This document shows, piece after piece, positions 6,543 through 15,344 of a stretch of DNA of 51,595 nt; positions within the stretch are counted from its first letter, which is position 1; every line of letters begins with the position of its first letter. The notes below the pieces were generated by a model that saw nothing but the letters and a program-made list of their open reading frames with translations, was not told the DNA's origin and searched no databases. Source of the stretch: Candidatus Ozemobacter sp. (GTDB lineage: Bacteria; Muiribacteriota; Ozemobacteria; Ozemobacterales; Ozemobacteraceae). The DNA lies in NCBI GenBank assembly GCA_030446435.1, contig JASURT010000001.1, forward strand, positions 1-51,595, in the 5' to 3' direction. A program made the translations under genes and the position numbers.

Positions 6543-8327
6543 GTGTGGAATAATCTAAGAGCCAGGCACTATTCAGTCCTTATACTGTTAGCTATCGTTG
6601 CCCTCGAAACTTCAGCGATCGCAATCGATAGATTCATTAATCGTGAAGGCGATACCGCTTTTGCTATCGAAAGCCCATTTCAGAACAACAATTTTATACA
6701 GAGCTTCAAAGTTGCCGAAGCCAGCTGTAAAAAAGTTCCGGCTGCGCTGAATTCAACTAAACCTTCCACACAGGTTGAAGTTGCCAAAGCTGCTCCAGTT
6801 AAACCCCAGATCGTCAAGGTCGAAAAATCGGTCAAAGCCGATTTCATCGCCGCAGCAAGCAAAAAAAGCGCTTCTGATAAAGTTTATGTTGAATACTCAA
6901 TTCAACCCGGCGATTCTCTTTCGCATATCGCCAAATTGTTCGGCTCAGATACCAACCTGATCAAAAACGCCAACAAACTCGAAGACAAACACACCATCAT
7001 GGCCGGACAGACCATTAAGGTCCCACTTCCAGCCAAAGATATGACCTATACCGTTAAACGCGGCGATTCTCTTTCGAAAATTGCCAACCGATTCAGAGTT
7101 CCACTTCAGAGCCTTATCGCTCACAACTCTCTTAAATCTCACCGCCTTCAGGCTGATCAGAAATTGAGAATTCCGGTTAAAAACAACCCTAACGAGCTCA
7201 AACTTATCAGCAACCGCGAAACTATCAAAAAAGCCAAGCAGCGCCTGGCAATCGTTAAAGAAAGCAAGCCGGCAATGGTTGCCAGCAAGCCCCGACTCGA
7301 ACCGGTAAAACTCAGCAAGATTCAGATTGCTCAGGCACCGGCCAGTAAACCCGACATAAAATTCATCGAAAAAGAACTTCTTAAAACGCCTCCGACAGTT
7401 AAAACCGCCAGGGCTGAAGTTAAAAAAGCCGATGACGCAGTTGCGGTAAAAATTGAAAAAGTAACTGAGAAGCCTGAAGCGAAAGCTGTTGTGGCTAAAG
7501 CTGCCCCGGTTGCAAGCAAAAAAGCAGAGAAAAAAGAAGAAGAAAAGGCTGAAAAGCTCGTTTATACCGTGAAAAAAGGTGACAACCTTCTTAAGATTTC
7601 ACATCGCTACAACACAACCGTAGCCCAGATCAAAACCGAAAACGGCCTGGACTCAAATCTGCTGAAAATCGGCGATAAACTCAAACTCAGCCCGGGCAAA
7701 AAGCTTTATCGTGTGGTTAAGACTCCGGCCAAAAAAGTGGCAAAGAAAGAAACCACAATTGTTGCCCACAGAGTTAAAAAAGGTGAATGCCTCTCGTTGA
7801 TCGCAAGAAAATACCGCACCACCATTGGCGCAATCGTTTCTGAAAACAACCTGAACAGCACGATCGTAAAGGTCGGTCAGAAACTCAAAGTTCCTGCTGA
7901 CAAGAAAAAGTATAAAGTAACCAATAAATCCAGCGTCAGAAGAAAATTGATGAAAATGCCGGTTCGTGGCAGATTGTCTGACCGTTATGGCTGGCGCAAT
8001 CACCCGGTTTACCGCAAAAGACTTTTCCATGCCGGTATCGATGTTGCTGCCCCGAAAGGAACCCCAATCGTCGCGGCCATGAGCGGTAAGGTTATCTATT
8101 CAGGCAGACGTTCTGGTTACGGAAAAATCGTTATCCTTAGCCATTCGAGCGGATACTCTACCAGATATGGTCACTGCAGCTCACTTCTCGTGAAAAAAGG
8201 CCAGTATGTTAAAGCAGGCCAGACAATAGCAAGAGTCGGTGCTACAGGTGTCGCAACCGGCAATCACCTTCACTTTGAAGTCAGAAAGAACGGCAAAACC
8301 GTTAACCCACTTACTTATTTGAAATAA
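6543..8327 (+). CDS. LysM-repeat (x4) M23-family metallopeptidase (NlpD/EnvC-like murein hydrolase or activator)
   Basis: Four LysM modules (YSIQPGDSLSHIAKLF..., YTVKRGDSLSKIANRF..., YTVKKGDNLLKISHRY..., HRVKKGECLSLIARKY...). C-terminal M23 motifs HAGIDVAAPKGTPIVAAMSGKV and GNHLHFEV. GTG start 6 nt after AAGGAG (6531-6536). Confidence 0.9.
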   Translation: MWNNLRARHYSVLILLAIVALETSAIAIDRFINREGDTAFAIESPFQNNNFIQSFKVAEASCKKVPAALNSTKPSTQVEVAKAAPVKPQIVKVEKSVKADFIAAASKKSASDKVYVEYSIQPGDSLSHIAKLFGSDTNLIKNANKLEDKHTIMAGQTIKVPLPAKDMTYTVKRGDSLSKIANRFRVPLQSLIAHNSLKSHRLQADQKLRIPVKNNPNELKLISNRETIKKAKQRLAIVKESKPAMVASKPRLEPVKLSKIQIAQAPASKPDIKFIEKELLKTPPTVKTARAEVKKADDAVAVKIEKVTEKPEAKAVVAKAAPVASKKAEKKEEEKAEKLVYTVKKGDNLLKISHRYNTTVAQIKTENGLDSNLLKIGDKLKLSPGKKLYRVVKTPAKKVAKKETTIVAHRVKKGECLSLIARKYRTTIGAIVSENNLNSTIVKVGQKLKVPADKKKYKVTNKSSVRRKLMKMPVRGRLSDRYGWRNHPVYRKRLFHAGIDVAAPKGTPIVAAMSGKVIYSGRRSGYGKIVILSHSSGYSTRYGHCSSLLVKKGQYVKAGQTIARVGATGVATGNHLHFEVRKNGKTVNPLTYLK

Positions 8328-8360
8328 TCGAGAAAGACTATTGAAACCTTCGGAAAAAAA

Positions 8361-10241
8361 ATGAAGCGGTCCGCCAGAAAGCACATGCTGATTCTGGCGG
8401 CGTTTCTGATTTTAATCGGAAGCGGCTTTACCGCCAGAACATTCGACGAAGTAACCGAACGCGAATCCCTTGAGGAGAAACGTTCGGTTAATTTGCATAC
8501 CAGCCCGGACATAGCATATTTCAACCCTCTTGCCATTCCAGAGTTGAAAGAGCCTGTTCAAGTCAGGCCTGTTGCAATTGCACAACCGGCGCAAATGGTA
8601 GAAACCGCGGCCGACCCAAGATTTGACACCCTCACAAATCCGCACAGAATTCCATTCATACCGGCGTCTGAACAGCGCCCACCAAAGGTTGTGCAAAGCA
8701 TTCCCATACATGACTCGCGGCCCAGGCACCATTACGATATGAATGAATGGGAAGAAGAACGGCTTTTCAGTTCCAATCTCTATACTGATACCAGTTTTTA
8801 CGCGACGAGAATCGATGGTGACCGTTCGCTTTCTTACCGTGATGAAGGCGAATTTTACGAAGAAAACATGCGTTATGAAATGTTTTCTTCGCGAAATGAC
8901 GGCGATTCAATTGCCCTGAACGTAGATACCACATATACCAACGATCGACGACCATATCGCAATGGCTTCACTCTTAACCAGCTAACCCTTGATTCCAGAA
9001 CACAGCGATCAAGACTGGTTATAGGTCACGCTTTTCCGGAAATGTCAGAATTTTCGATGACCCAGAGTGTGCTTGGGCTTTATGGAGTTCAGGAATACGA
9101 ATACACGAAATTAAGCGGCTTTGCCGGCTATTATGCCACCGAGAAGGATGATCTGAAAAATCCGCGTTATGTTGGCGGAATGAGAATCGAACATTCGCGC
9201 GATGATTCGGTTAGAATTGGCCTTAACCTGGTCGGCACCGAAGACGAACGCGACAACGCCGGGGCCAACTCAAAACTGCCGGCCATGGCAAACAGGCTAT
9301 ATTCTCTTGATGTTCGCCTGAAACCGACAGAAAACATTTATCTCGATGCCGAAGTCGCCCAGAGTGATACAGACTTTGATAAACAAGACGACCAGGGTGA
9401 ACTCAAAGGCGATGCCTACAGATTCAAAGCCGGTTATGAACGAGAGAATGCCCGAATAGAAGCCGGTTTCGAAAGCGCCGAAACCTCGTTCGTTTCACCA
9501 CTCGGTCAGTCCCCCAGAGATGAAAGAGCTTATTTTGCCCGTTTCTACTACGAACTGAACCGATACATCAGCACCAGATTCAGCCAGCGACAATCACGAG
9601 ATAACATCGACAATTATCAGCGTTCGACCATTGTCAGAGACCAGCCCGAGTTGCAGGTAACTTTAAAGCCAAGTGAATATTACAAAGATCTGCGCATAGA
9701 CTTTTTTTATCAGCCTTTACACGAGTATTCAGAAAACTCGAATTTCATGGACAGGTTTGTCGATCTGATGTGGCTTGAATTGAATCACAGGGCCGGTCAG
9801 ATGCGCTACTATGCCGGGTTGAGCCAGACCATAGACAAAGATGATGTAAACGTTCTCAACGATCGCGACATTCAAAAGTTTGATTTTACTCTGACCTGGG
9901 AATACGACCGGTTCAGAAAAGTTTACAGCTCTTACAGTTTTGAAAAACTCAGTTATAAACGCGCCGGCGGAATCGATGAAACCGAGATTTTCGGTTTTGG
10001 CGGCAGTTCAAAATTTCATAACGATATTTTTATCGGCCTCGATTATTTAAGAGAATCTGTAGATCCGACAGTTGCCGGGCTGGACTCGCAACATGACCGG
10101 GTTAACTTCTCTGTAACAAGAGAATACAGCCCTTCGGCGCGGTTGATCTTGAATCTTGAAGGAAATCGCAGTCGTTTTGGCAATGCGAACCGTGATTACG
10201 ATGACTATACCGCGAGATTAAGATACTTGAGGGCATTTTGA
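8361..10241 (+). CDS. putative outer-membrane beta-barrel protein (family not recognised)
   Basis: Signal/anchor MLILAAFLILIGSGF. Long alternating aromatic/polar composition rich in Y, D and R. The C-terminus ...RLRYLRAF ends in Phe, as in OM barrel sorting signals. Its stop overlaps the next start (ATGA at 10238-10241). Confidence 0.6.
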   Translation: MKRSARKHMLILAAFLILIGSGFTARTFDEVTERESLEEKRSVNLHTSPDIAYFNPLAIPELKEPVQVRPVAIAQPAQMVETAADPRFDTLTNPHRIPFIPASEQRPPKVVQSIPIHDSRPRHHYDMNEWEEERLFSSNLYTDTSFYATRIDGDRSLSYRDEGEFYEENMRYEMFSSRNDGDSIALNVDTTYTNDRRPYRNGFTLNQLTLDSRTQRSRLVIGHAFPEMSEFSMTQSVLGLYGVQEYEYTKLSGFAGYYATEKDDLKNPRYVGGMRIEHSRDDSVRIGLNLVGTEDERDNAGANSKLPAMANRLYSLDVRLKPTENIYLDAEVAQSDTDFDKQDDQGELKGDAYRFKAGYERENARIEAGFESAETSFVSPLGQSPRDERAYFARFYYELNRYISTRFSQRQSRDNIDNYQRSTIVRDQPELQVTLKPSEYYKDLRIDFFYQPLHEYSENSNFMDRFVDLMWLELNHRAGQMRYYAGLSQTIDKDDVNVLNDRDIQKFDFTLTWEYDRFRKVYSSYSFEKLSYKRAGGIDETEIFGFGGSSKFHNDIFIGLDYLRESVDPTVAGLDSQHDRVNFSVTREYSPSARLILNLEGNRSRFGNANRDYDDYTARLRYLRAF

Positions 10242-11902
10242 TGTTTAAAAGATTTATCGTAAAAATCACTGTGTTGACTTTGTTCATAGCCCTGTTAACG
10301 CTTGGCACTGCTTACGGCAAAGAAGAAACCGGCCGTCTGGCTCTCATTTCTGACCATGGTTATGTCGAGCAGCAATTGACAGTGCTGTTTTGCGACGGCC
10401 CGGTCTATTATCGCAACTACAACGAAAACAGCTGGCACAGGGTCACGGCCCACCAGTCGCTTATGCATGGCGATTCGCTACGCACAGGCAATCATGGCTA
10501 TGCCGTTCTGGCATGGTCTGCAGACAACCTCATCATGGTAAAACCAAAATCAGGCCTGCGATTCACCATTCATCCTGATAAATTGCCTCAGGTTGGCATT
10601 CAGCTGTTCAAAGCAACACTCATGCTTTCAGCCCGAGAATCAGGGTTAATCGAGATAGAAGGAAAACATGGCAATGTGGTGGTAAATCATGGTGAAACTT
10701 CATTGCAATCAAATGATAATCACGAAATAATAAAGGCGGTAAAAGGCCAGGCGGCGGTAAGATTAAGCGGCATGGCAAATGCAAAGATAGTTCCTGAAAG
10801 TTATCAGCTCGAAATACTGCCTGACGGCAGGGAAAAGCCACTTGCAATGTTTGACCCGGCTGCCGAATATCATGCTTTCAGAAGATTTTCCTCCTGGCTG
10901 AACCGCTTTGCTGAACTACATATTGGCACGTCGCTCGAAATTCCTTTTCAGATCGATTCGGTTAAAGTGAATGGAAATTTTCTAAGCAACCTCGCAGTTA
11001 ACGAAAAAGGTTTTTACATGCTCGATTCAGGTCACGAAAAAATTCCGGCCAAAATTCACCTTCAAATGAAAATCTCACCATATCCTGGCCCACGCGACAA
11101 ATTCGAGCTTTATCTTGGCAAAGATCTTGTTTATGCACTAAGAGAAGGCTCAGAAGGCTACCACGAAGTTGTTTTTCCGGTTCCTTCAATACCCGATTTT
11201 CTTTGCGCCATTCACTCGGTCGATTCACTGGGTCGTAAGGTAAGAATTTTCAGAGCTGGTTTCGAAGTGCAAAACCAGAGAGCAAAAAAAGAAATTGCCA
11301 GAGCTTTCTGTAAAGAAATGGTTACGGCGATGCAAAAACGAGACCATATTTGGCTGCGCGATCATGTTTCTCGCGATTACCGAGATTGGCAGGGCAACAC
11401 CTATTTTGATTTTCTTAAAATGAGTGAAGATACCTTGAGAAATTATCGTGATGTCAGATTGTCTCTGCACCCGTTTCGTTTTGAATTTCGTGATGGAAAA
11501 ATCGTCGTTCACCTTAACTACCGACTTTCTGCCCTGACTTCAAACTGGGGGTTCAGATATGAAGACCGGGGAAGTGATATCTTTACCATTGCTTACGAAG
11601 AAGGCTTCTGGCGGCTGACCAGCAAAGTTTCCGGCCTGTTTTTCGCCAGACTTAAAGTTGCGGTCGATCTGCGACAGGGCGTTTTGAAAGGCCGGGTTAC
11701 CGACGAAAGAACCCGGTCGCCAATTTCGGGTGCGACTGTAAGCATACGTGGCACCAGATTCACCACCACAACCGATTCAATGGGCGAATACATGTTTTAC
11801 AATGTTCCACCCGGAGAATACGATCTGAAGTTTTTCAAAAATGGCTATGGCGAGCTGACCGCAACCAGAGTCACTGTAAAACCAGCGGGAGAACAGTTTT
11901 AA
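10238..11902 (+). CDS. secreted protein with a FecR-like N-domain and a C-terminal CarboxypepD_reg-like domain
   Basis: Signal peptide ...LGTAYG. FecR-like segment HGDSLRTGNHGYAVLAWSADNLIMVKPKSGLRF. C-terminal GRVTDERTRSPISGATVSIRGTRFTTTTDSMGEYMFYNVPPGEYDLKF, the carboxypeptidase regulatory-like fold signature. Confidence 0.7.
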   Translation: MMFKRFIVKITVLTLFIALLTLGTAYGKEETGRLALISDHGYVEQQLTVLFCDGPVYYRNYNENSWHRVTAHQSLMHGDSLRTGNHGYAVLAWSADNLIMVKPKSGLRFTIHPDKLPQVGIQLFKATLMLSARESGLIEIEGKHGNVVVNHGETSLQSNDNHEIIKAVKGQAAVRLSGMANAKIVPESYQLEILPDGREKPLAMFDPAAEYHAFRRFSSWLNRFAELHIGTSLEIPFQIDSVKVNGNFLSNLAVNEKGFYMLDSGHEKIPAKIHLQMKISPYPGPRDKFELYLGKDLVYALREGSEGYHEVVFPVPSIPDFLCAIHSVDSLGRKVRIFRAGFEVQNQRAKKEIARAFCKEMVTAMQKRDHIWLRDHVSRDYRDWQGNTYFDFLKMSEDTLRNYRDVRLSLHPFRFEFRDGKIVVHLNYRLSALTSNWGFRYEDRGSDIFTIAYEEGFWRLTSKVSGLFFARLKVAVDLRQGVLKGRVTDERTRSPISGATVSIRGTRFTTTTDSMGEYMFYNVPPGEYDLKFFKNGYGELTATRVTVKPAGEQF

Positions 11903-12540
11903 TGAACAGTTCAACACAACTGAAAAGCAACCGAAATCTAAAATTCCTGATGATTTTCATCTTTTTCGTGGTTACTGCACTTCTACAAGGCTGCCTTTCA
12001 AGCACCACAAATAAAACAAGCCTTGGCACCCTGACCGGAGAAATCATGCATCTGGCACAGTCTGAGCTTCTAATTATGGGCGAAAACTCAAAAACGCTTG
12101 TAAAAACTGATGAAAACGGAAAATTCGCCGCATCTCTGACACCAGGGCGTTACCAGCTTTTAATGCAAAGTTCGAATGGTGAGCTTGTGGTTATCAAACG
12201 AGACATTCAGATTGAAAACAACCTGACTTTCATCGTTACAGATGTAGATCTGATACCTGTGCCCCAGGTAATCTCGGTTTCAGTGCCTTTGATCTACGAT
12301 ACATCGGCGATCATCGAATGGGAAACGAACATTGAATCAGACGGTCTTATCGAATACGGCACCAACGAACTTTACGGATTTGCGAGCTACTCAGATACAG
12401 ACTTAAAAACCAGACACCGTATTCAGCTTTATGATCTTCTGCCAGACACAACTTATCATTTCAGAATTGCCGCCAGCAGATACAATCTGGACTCAGCCCG
12501 CAGCTATTCTCGTGACTATGCCTTTACCACAACACCCTGA
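11902..12540 (+). CDS. lipoprotein with a CarboxypepD_reg-like domain and a fibronectin-III-like domain
   Basis: Lipobox LLQGC. TDENGKFAASLTPGRYQL (CarboxypepD_reg-like). TSAIIEWETNIESDGLIEYGTN...HRIQLYDLLPDTTYHFRIAAS...YAFTT (Fn3 / Pur_ac_phosph_N-like pattern). Start overlaps the upstream stop (TAATG). Confidence 0.7.
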   Translation: MNSSTQLKSNRNLKFLMIFIFFVVTALLQGCLSSTTNKTSLGTLTGEIMHLAQSELLIMGENSKTLVKTDENGKFAASLTPGRYQLLMQSSNGELVVIKRDIQIENNLTFIVTDVDLIPVPQVISVSVPLIYDTSAIIEWETNIESDGLIEYGTNELYGFASYSDTDLKTRHRIQLYDLLPDTTYHFRIAASRYNLDSARSYSRDYAFTTTP

Positions 12541-12596
12541 ACGGCTTCTTCTGCGCAAGGTACATTAAGCCTTTAACCACAAAGCGACGATACTAT

Positions 12597-12636
12597 TACC
12601 GGGGAGAAAAAAATAGATTCCCCGGTATTGTATTTT
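12597..12636 (+). terminator. rho-independent terminator candidate ending the 6543-12540 operon
   Basis: TACCGGGGA (12597-12605) pairs with TCCCCGGTA (12619-12627) around a 13-nt A-rich loop, followed by TTGTATTTT. Confidence 0.55.
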
Positions 12637-12649
12637 CTGGAGGCAAATA

Positions 12650-14032
12650 ATGAACGCATTTTTCGTCGGAATCGGTGGCATGGGCATGAGCGGGCTCGCC
12701 AAGATTCTGCACAATTCAGGCTTCGAAGTGGCAGGCTCAGACAGAAACCTCGATGGCGAATACTGCCAGCGCCTTATAAAAATGGGTGTAAGAATTTATT
12801 CGCAGGATGGCGAAGGCCCCAGAAAATTCATGAAAGAGGCCAACCTTTCGGCCGGTGATTTCAAAATAGTAAAATCAACCGCCGTCGAAGATCATGTGCC
12901 AGACATTGTAACCGCACGCGAACTCGGTCTTGAACAAATTATGCGTTCTGACTTACTGGCCATGATGTTCAACGAAAAGTCAGGTCTGGCAATCGGCGGA
13001 ACCGCCGGCAAAACAACAACAACCGGGCTGGTGGCCTGGATTCTGAAATATGGCGGCAAAGAGCCTTCGTGCGCAGTGGGCGGCATTATTGCCGGGCTCG
13101 ACACCAATGCCTTCAAGGGGAACGGACCAAACTTCATCATTGAAGCAGATGAATCTGATGGTTCCATTATAAAATATAGACCCTGGGCATCTGTGGTCAC
13201 CAACATTTCTCGCGATCACAAAACCCTCGAAGAGCTGCAGAATCTGTTTGCCACTTTCCTTAACAATACAGAGAAGGAAGGGCTTAGACTTGTCTGCGGC
13301 GAAGACGAATCTGCCAGACAGCTGTTAAATTCTTGCCCGCACCCTGTGGAGACCTATGGTTTCAATTCAGACTGCGACCATAAAGCGCATGAGGTCAAAA
13401 TTGACGAAAATTCGTCATCGTTTACCTTTGAAGGCATTAACTTCACCATGAAACTACCGGGCGAACACAATGTGCTGAACGCTCTGGCGGCGATAATTGT
13501 ATCTAGACACGCCGGGGTCGCGCTTGAAGATATTGCAGAAGCTTTAAAAGCATTTCCCGGCATGAAAAGAAGGTTCGAAAAAGTTGGCACCACTGCCGGG
13601 GTAACCGTTATCGATGATTTTGCCCATAATCCGGTTGAAATTGAAGCCGCAATCAAAACCGCCCGAAAATCTTCTTCAAGAAGATTCATTGTTTATCAGC
13701 CTCACGGCTATGGTCCAACCAGCTTCACCAGAGATCAGCTGGTGGATGTCTTCAGCAATCTCGAAGAGAATGAGTTTCTCTTTTTAGATGAAATCTTCTA
13801 CGGAGGCGGAACCGTTAATCGCAACATTTCTTCAGAAGAGATTGTCAGAGCGGTCAAACAGAGATTTTCAAATGCCTGGTATATGGCCGATCGCGAGCAA
13901 CTTGTCGAAAAAATTTCTTCAGAGGTTCGCAGCGGAGACATGGTTCTGGTAATGGGTGCCAGAGATATAAATTCTATCTGTCAAAAAATTCTCGACCGTA
14001 TTTGGCAGGTCAAAAATCAGCAGATAGCTTGA
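12650..14032 (+). CDS. murC: UDP-N-acetylmuramate--L-alanine ligase
   Basis: FFVGIGGMGMSGLAKILHNSGFEVAGSD (MurC N-terminal Rossmann), GTAGKTTTTGLVAWIL (P-loop), EADESDGS, DDFAHNP. 460 aa. GGAGG RBS at 12639-12643. Confidence 0.85.
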   Translation: MNAFFVGIGGMGMSGLAKILHNSGFEVAGSDRNLDGEYCQRLIKMGVRIYSQDGEGPRKFMKEANLSAGDFKIVKSTAVEDHVPDIVTARELGLEQIMRSDLLAMMFNEKSGLAIGGTAGKTTTTGLVAWILKYGGKEPSCAVGGIIAGLDTNAFKGNGPNFIIEADESDGSIIKYRPWASVVTNISRDHKTLEELQNLFATFLNNTEKEGLRLVCGEDESARQLLNSCPHPVETYGFNSDCDHKAHEVKIDENSSSFTFEGINFTMKLPGEHNVLNALAAIIVSRHAGVALEDIAEALKAFPGMKRRFEKVGTTAGVTVIDDFAHNPVEIEAAIKTARKSSSRRFIVYQPHGYGPTSFTRDQLVDVFSNLEENEFLFLDEIFYGGGTVNRNISSEEIVRAVKQRFSNAWYMADREQLVEKISSEVRSGDMVLVMGARDINSICQKILDRIWQVKNQQIA

Positions 14033-14084
14033 AGTTTAATATGCTATGCTTAAGTTGTAACATTTTGAAACAGGTTGGATTTGA

Positions 14085-14765
14085 ATGAAAAGCGAAATTA
14101 TATTGTCACTGCCGCCCAGCAAGCTAAGACTGGGCATCATAGAAGCATTGAACCTCAAGGTAAAACCAGTCACCGATAGCTATTTAAGCAAAATCAACTC
14201 TGATATCTCTCATTTGCTCGAAGAAGATTTCGTTTACCCGGACCATCTTCAGAAAGGCATCAGAGGGCTTCTAAAAAGCTTTGGCTTTCACCCTTCCGGG
14301 CGAAACAGGCCTGCATCAGAGTATCTTTTCAAGGATCTGCAGAATCGAAAAGAGTTTAACAGCATCAACAACATCGTTGATATCAACAATCATATTTCTT
14401 TGAAGTATCATTTGCCCATCAGCGTGTTCGACCTCGATGCATCGGGCTTCAATCTTTGTGTCAGAATCGGGCTCGAAGACGAAAATTATGTTTTCAATAG
14501 AGAAGGCCAGGTTCTTTCGTTAAAAAAACTTCTTCTGGTTGCCCGCCACGGCGAGGACCGCACAGCAATCGGCAGCCCGGTCAAAGATTCTCAGGCAACC
14601 AAAGTATTCGAAGCAACCCGAAATGTAATCATGTTCATTTACACTTCTGCGAACCTGACAACCGAAGAAGAACTTGGCAATATTCTCGATGAAACCGCAC
14701 AACTGATCAAGACTGAAGCCGAAGCAGAAACCGTAGAAACCTGTATCATCGATTCTTTACCCTGA
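14085..14765 (+). CDS. B3/B4 tRNA-binding-domain protein (PheT-B3/4-like stand-alone protein)
   Basis: RPASEYLFKDLQNRKEFNSINNIVDINNHISLKYHLPISVFDLD and IGSPVKDSQATKV match the B3_4 domain pattern as I remember it. Confidence 0.65.
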   Translation: MKSEIILSLPPSKLRLGIIEALNLKVKPVTDSYLSKINSDISHLLEEDFVYPDHLQKGIRGLLKSFGFHPSGRNRPASEYLFKDLQNRKEFNSINNIVDINNHISLKYHLPISVFDLDASGFNLCVRIGLEDENYVFNREGQVLSLKKLLLVARHGEDRTAIGSPVKDSQATKVFEATRNVIMFIYTSANLTTEEELGNILDETAQLIKTEAEAETVETCIIDSLP

Positions 14766-14785
14766 AAAATACCCGGGAGACGACA

Positions 14786-15049
14786 ATGAAGAAACTTTTC
14801 TTACTGTTCTGCATCGCTTGTTTACTTTTAACCGGCTGCTTCGGCAAGGCAATCGAATCAAAATGCGCTGAAGATCTGAACTCAGAAAATGTCGAAACAA
14901 GAATTAAGGCTGCCCGCAAGCTTGGTGATGTTGCCACACCTGAAGCAGTCAGACTTTTACTGCTTCATGAAGATGACGAAGATTATCGGGTAAAACAGGC
15001 AGTTAAGGAAGCCTTGAAAAAGATCGACAAAAGAACCTTTTTGAACTGA
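14786..15049 (+). CDS. small lipoprotein with a HEAT-like repeat
   Basis: Lipobox LLLTGC. ENVETRIKAARKLGDVATPEAVRLLLLHEDDEDYRVKQAVKEAL resembles a HEAT/PBS-lyase repeat. GGGAG RBS upstream. Confidence 0.6.
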   Translation: MKKLFLLFCIACLLLTGCFGKAIESKCAEDLNSENVETRIKAARKLGDVATPEAVRLLLLHEDDEDYRVKQAVKEALKKIDKRTFLN

Positions 15050-15050
15050 T

Positions 15051-15344
15051 TTAAAAGATTATTTCGAAATTTAAATCGGGTTCATCGCTGATTCTTTGGC
15101 TTTCAAGCTCTTCAAATTCATCTACTCTTGAAAAGAACGAACCTTTTTCGACCTCGTCGTAAAAGCTTCTTACCCTTTCTTCAAGGCCTCGGGCTTCTAT
15201 CGTTACGGTTCCGTCAATATTGTTTTTCACCCAGCCACCAATTTTGTGACTGTGCCCGAGCTTGCTCACAAAACTTCTGAAACCCACGCCCTGAACTCTT
15301 CCGTGCACTCTTATACGGTGAATCAGATATTTACTCATATTCAT
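15051..15344 (-). CDS. acyP: acylphosphatase
   Basis: IRVHGRVQGVGFRSFV...GGWVKNNIDGTVTIEARG is the acylphosphatase signature. 97 aa. Start overlaps the upstream stop (ATGA, 15341-15344). Confidence 0.85.
   Translation of the reverse strand: MNMSKYLIHRIRVHGRVQGVGFRSFVSKLGHSHKIGGWVKNNIDGTVTIEARGLEERVRSFYDEVEKGSFFSRVDEFEELESQRISDEPDLNFEIIF

Noticed and set aside
7330-7560. Lys/Ala/Glu/Pro-rich stretch in the M23/LysM gene, considered as a tandem DNA repeat
   Set aside because: No exact nucleotide periodicity is visible. It looks like a low-complexity linker between LysM modules 2 and 3.
12628-12858. 76-aa ORF overlapping the murC 5' end in another frame
   Set aside because: The murC frame starts at 12650 with a GGAGG RBS and conserved motifs. 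The overlapping ORF is R-rich with no support.
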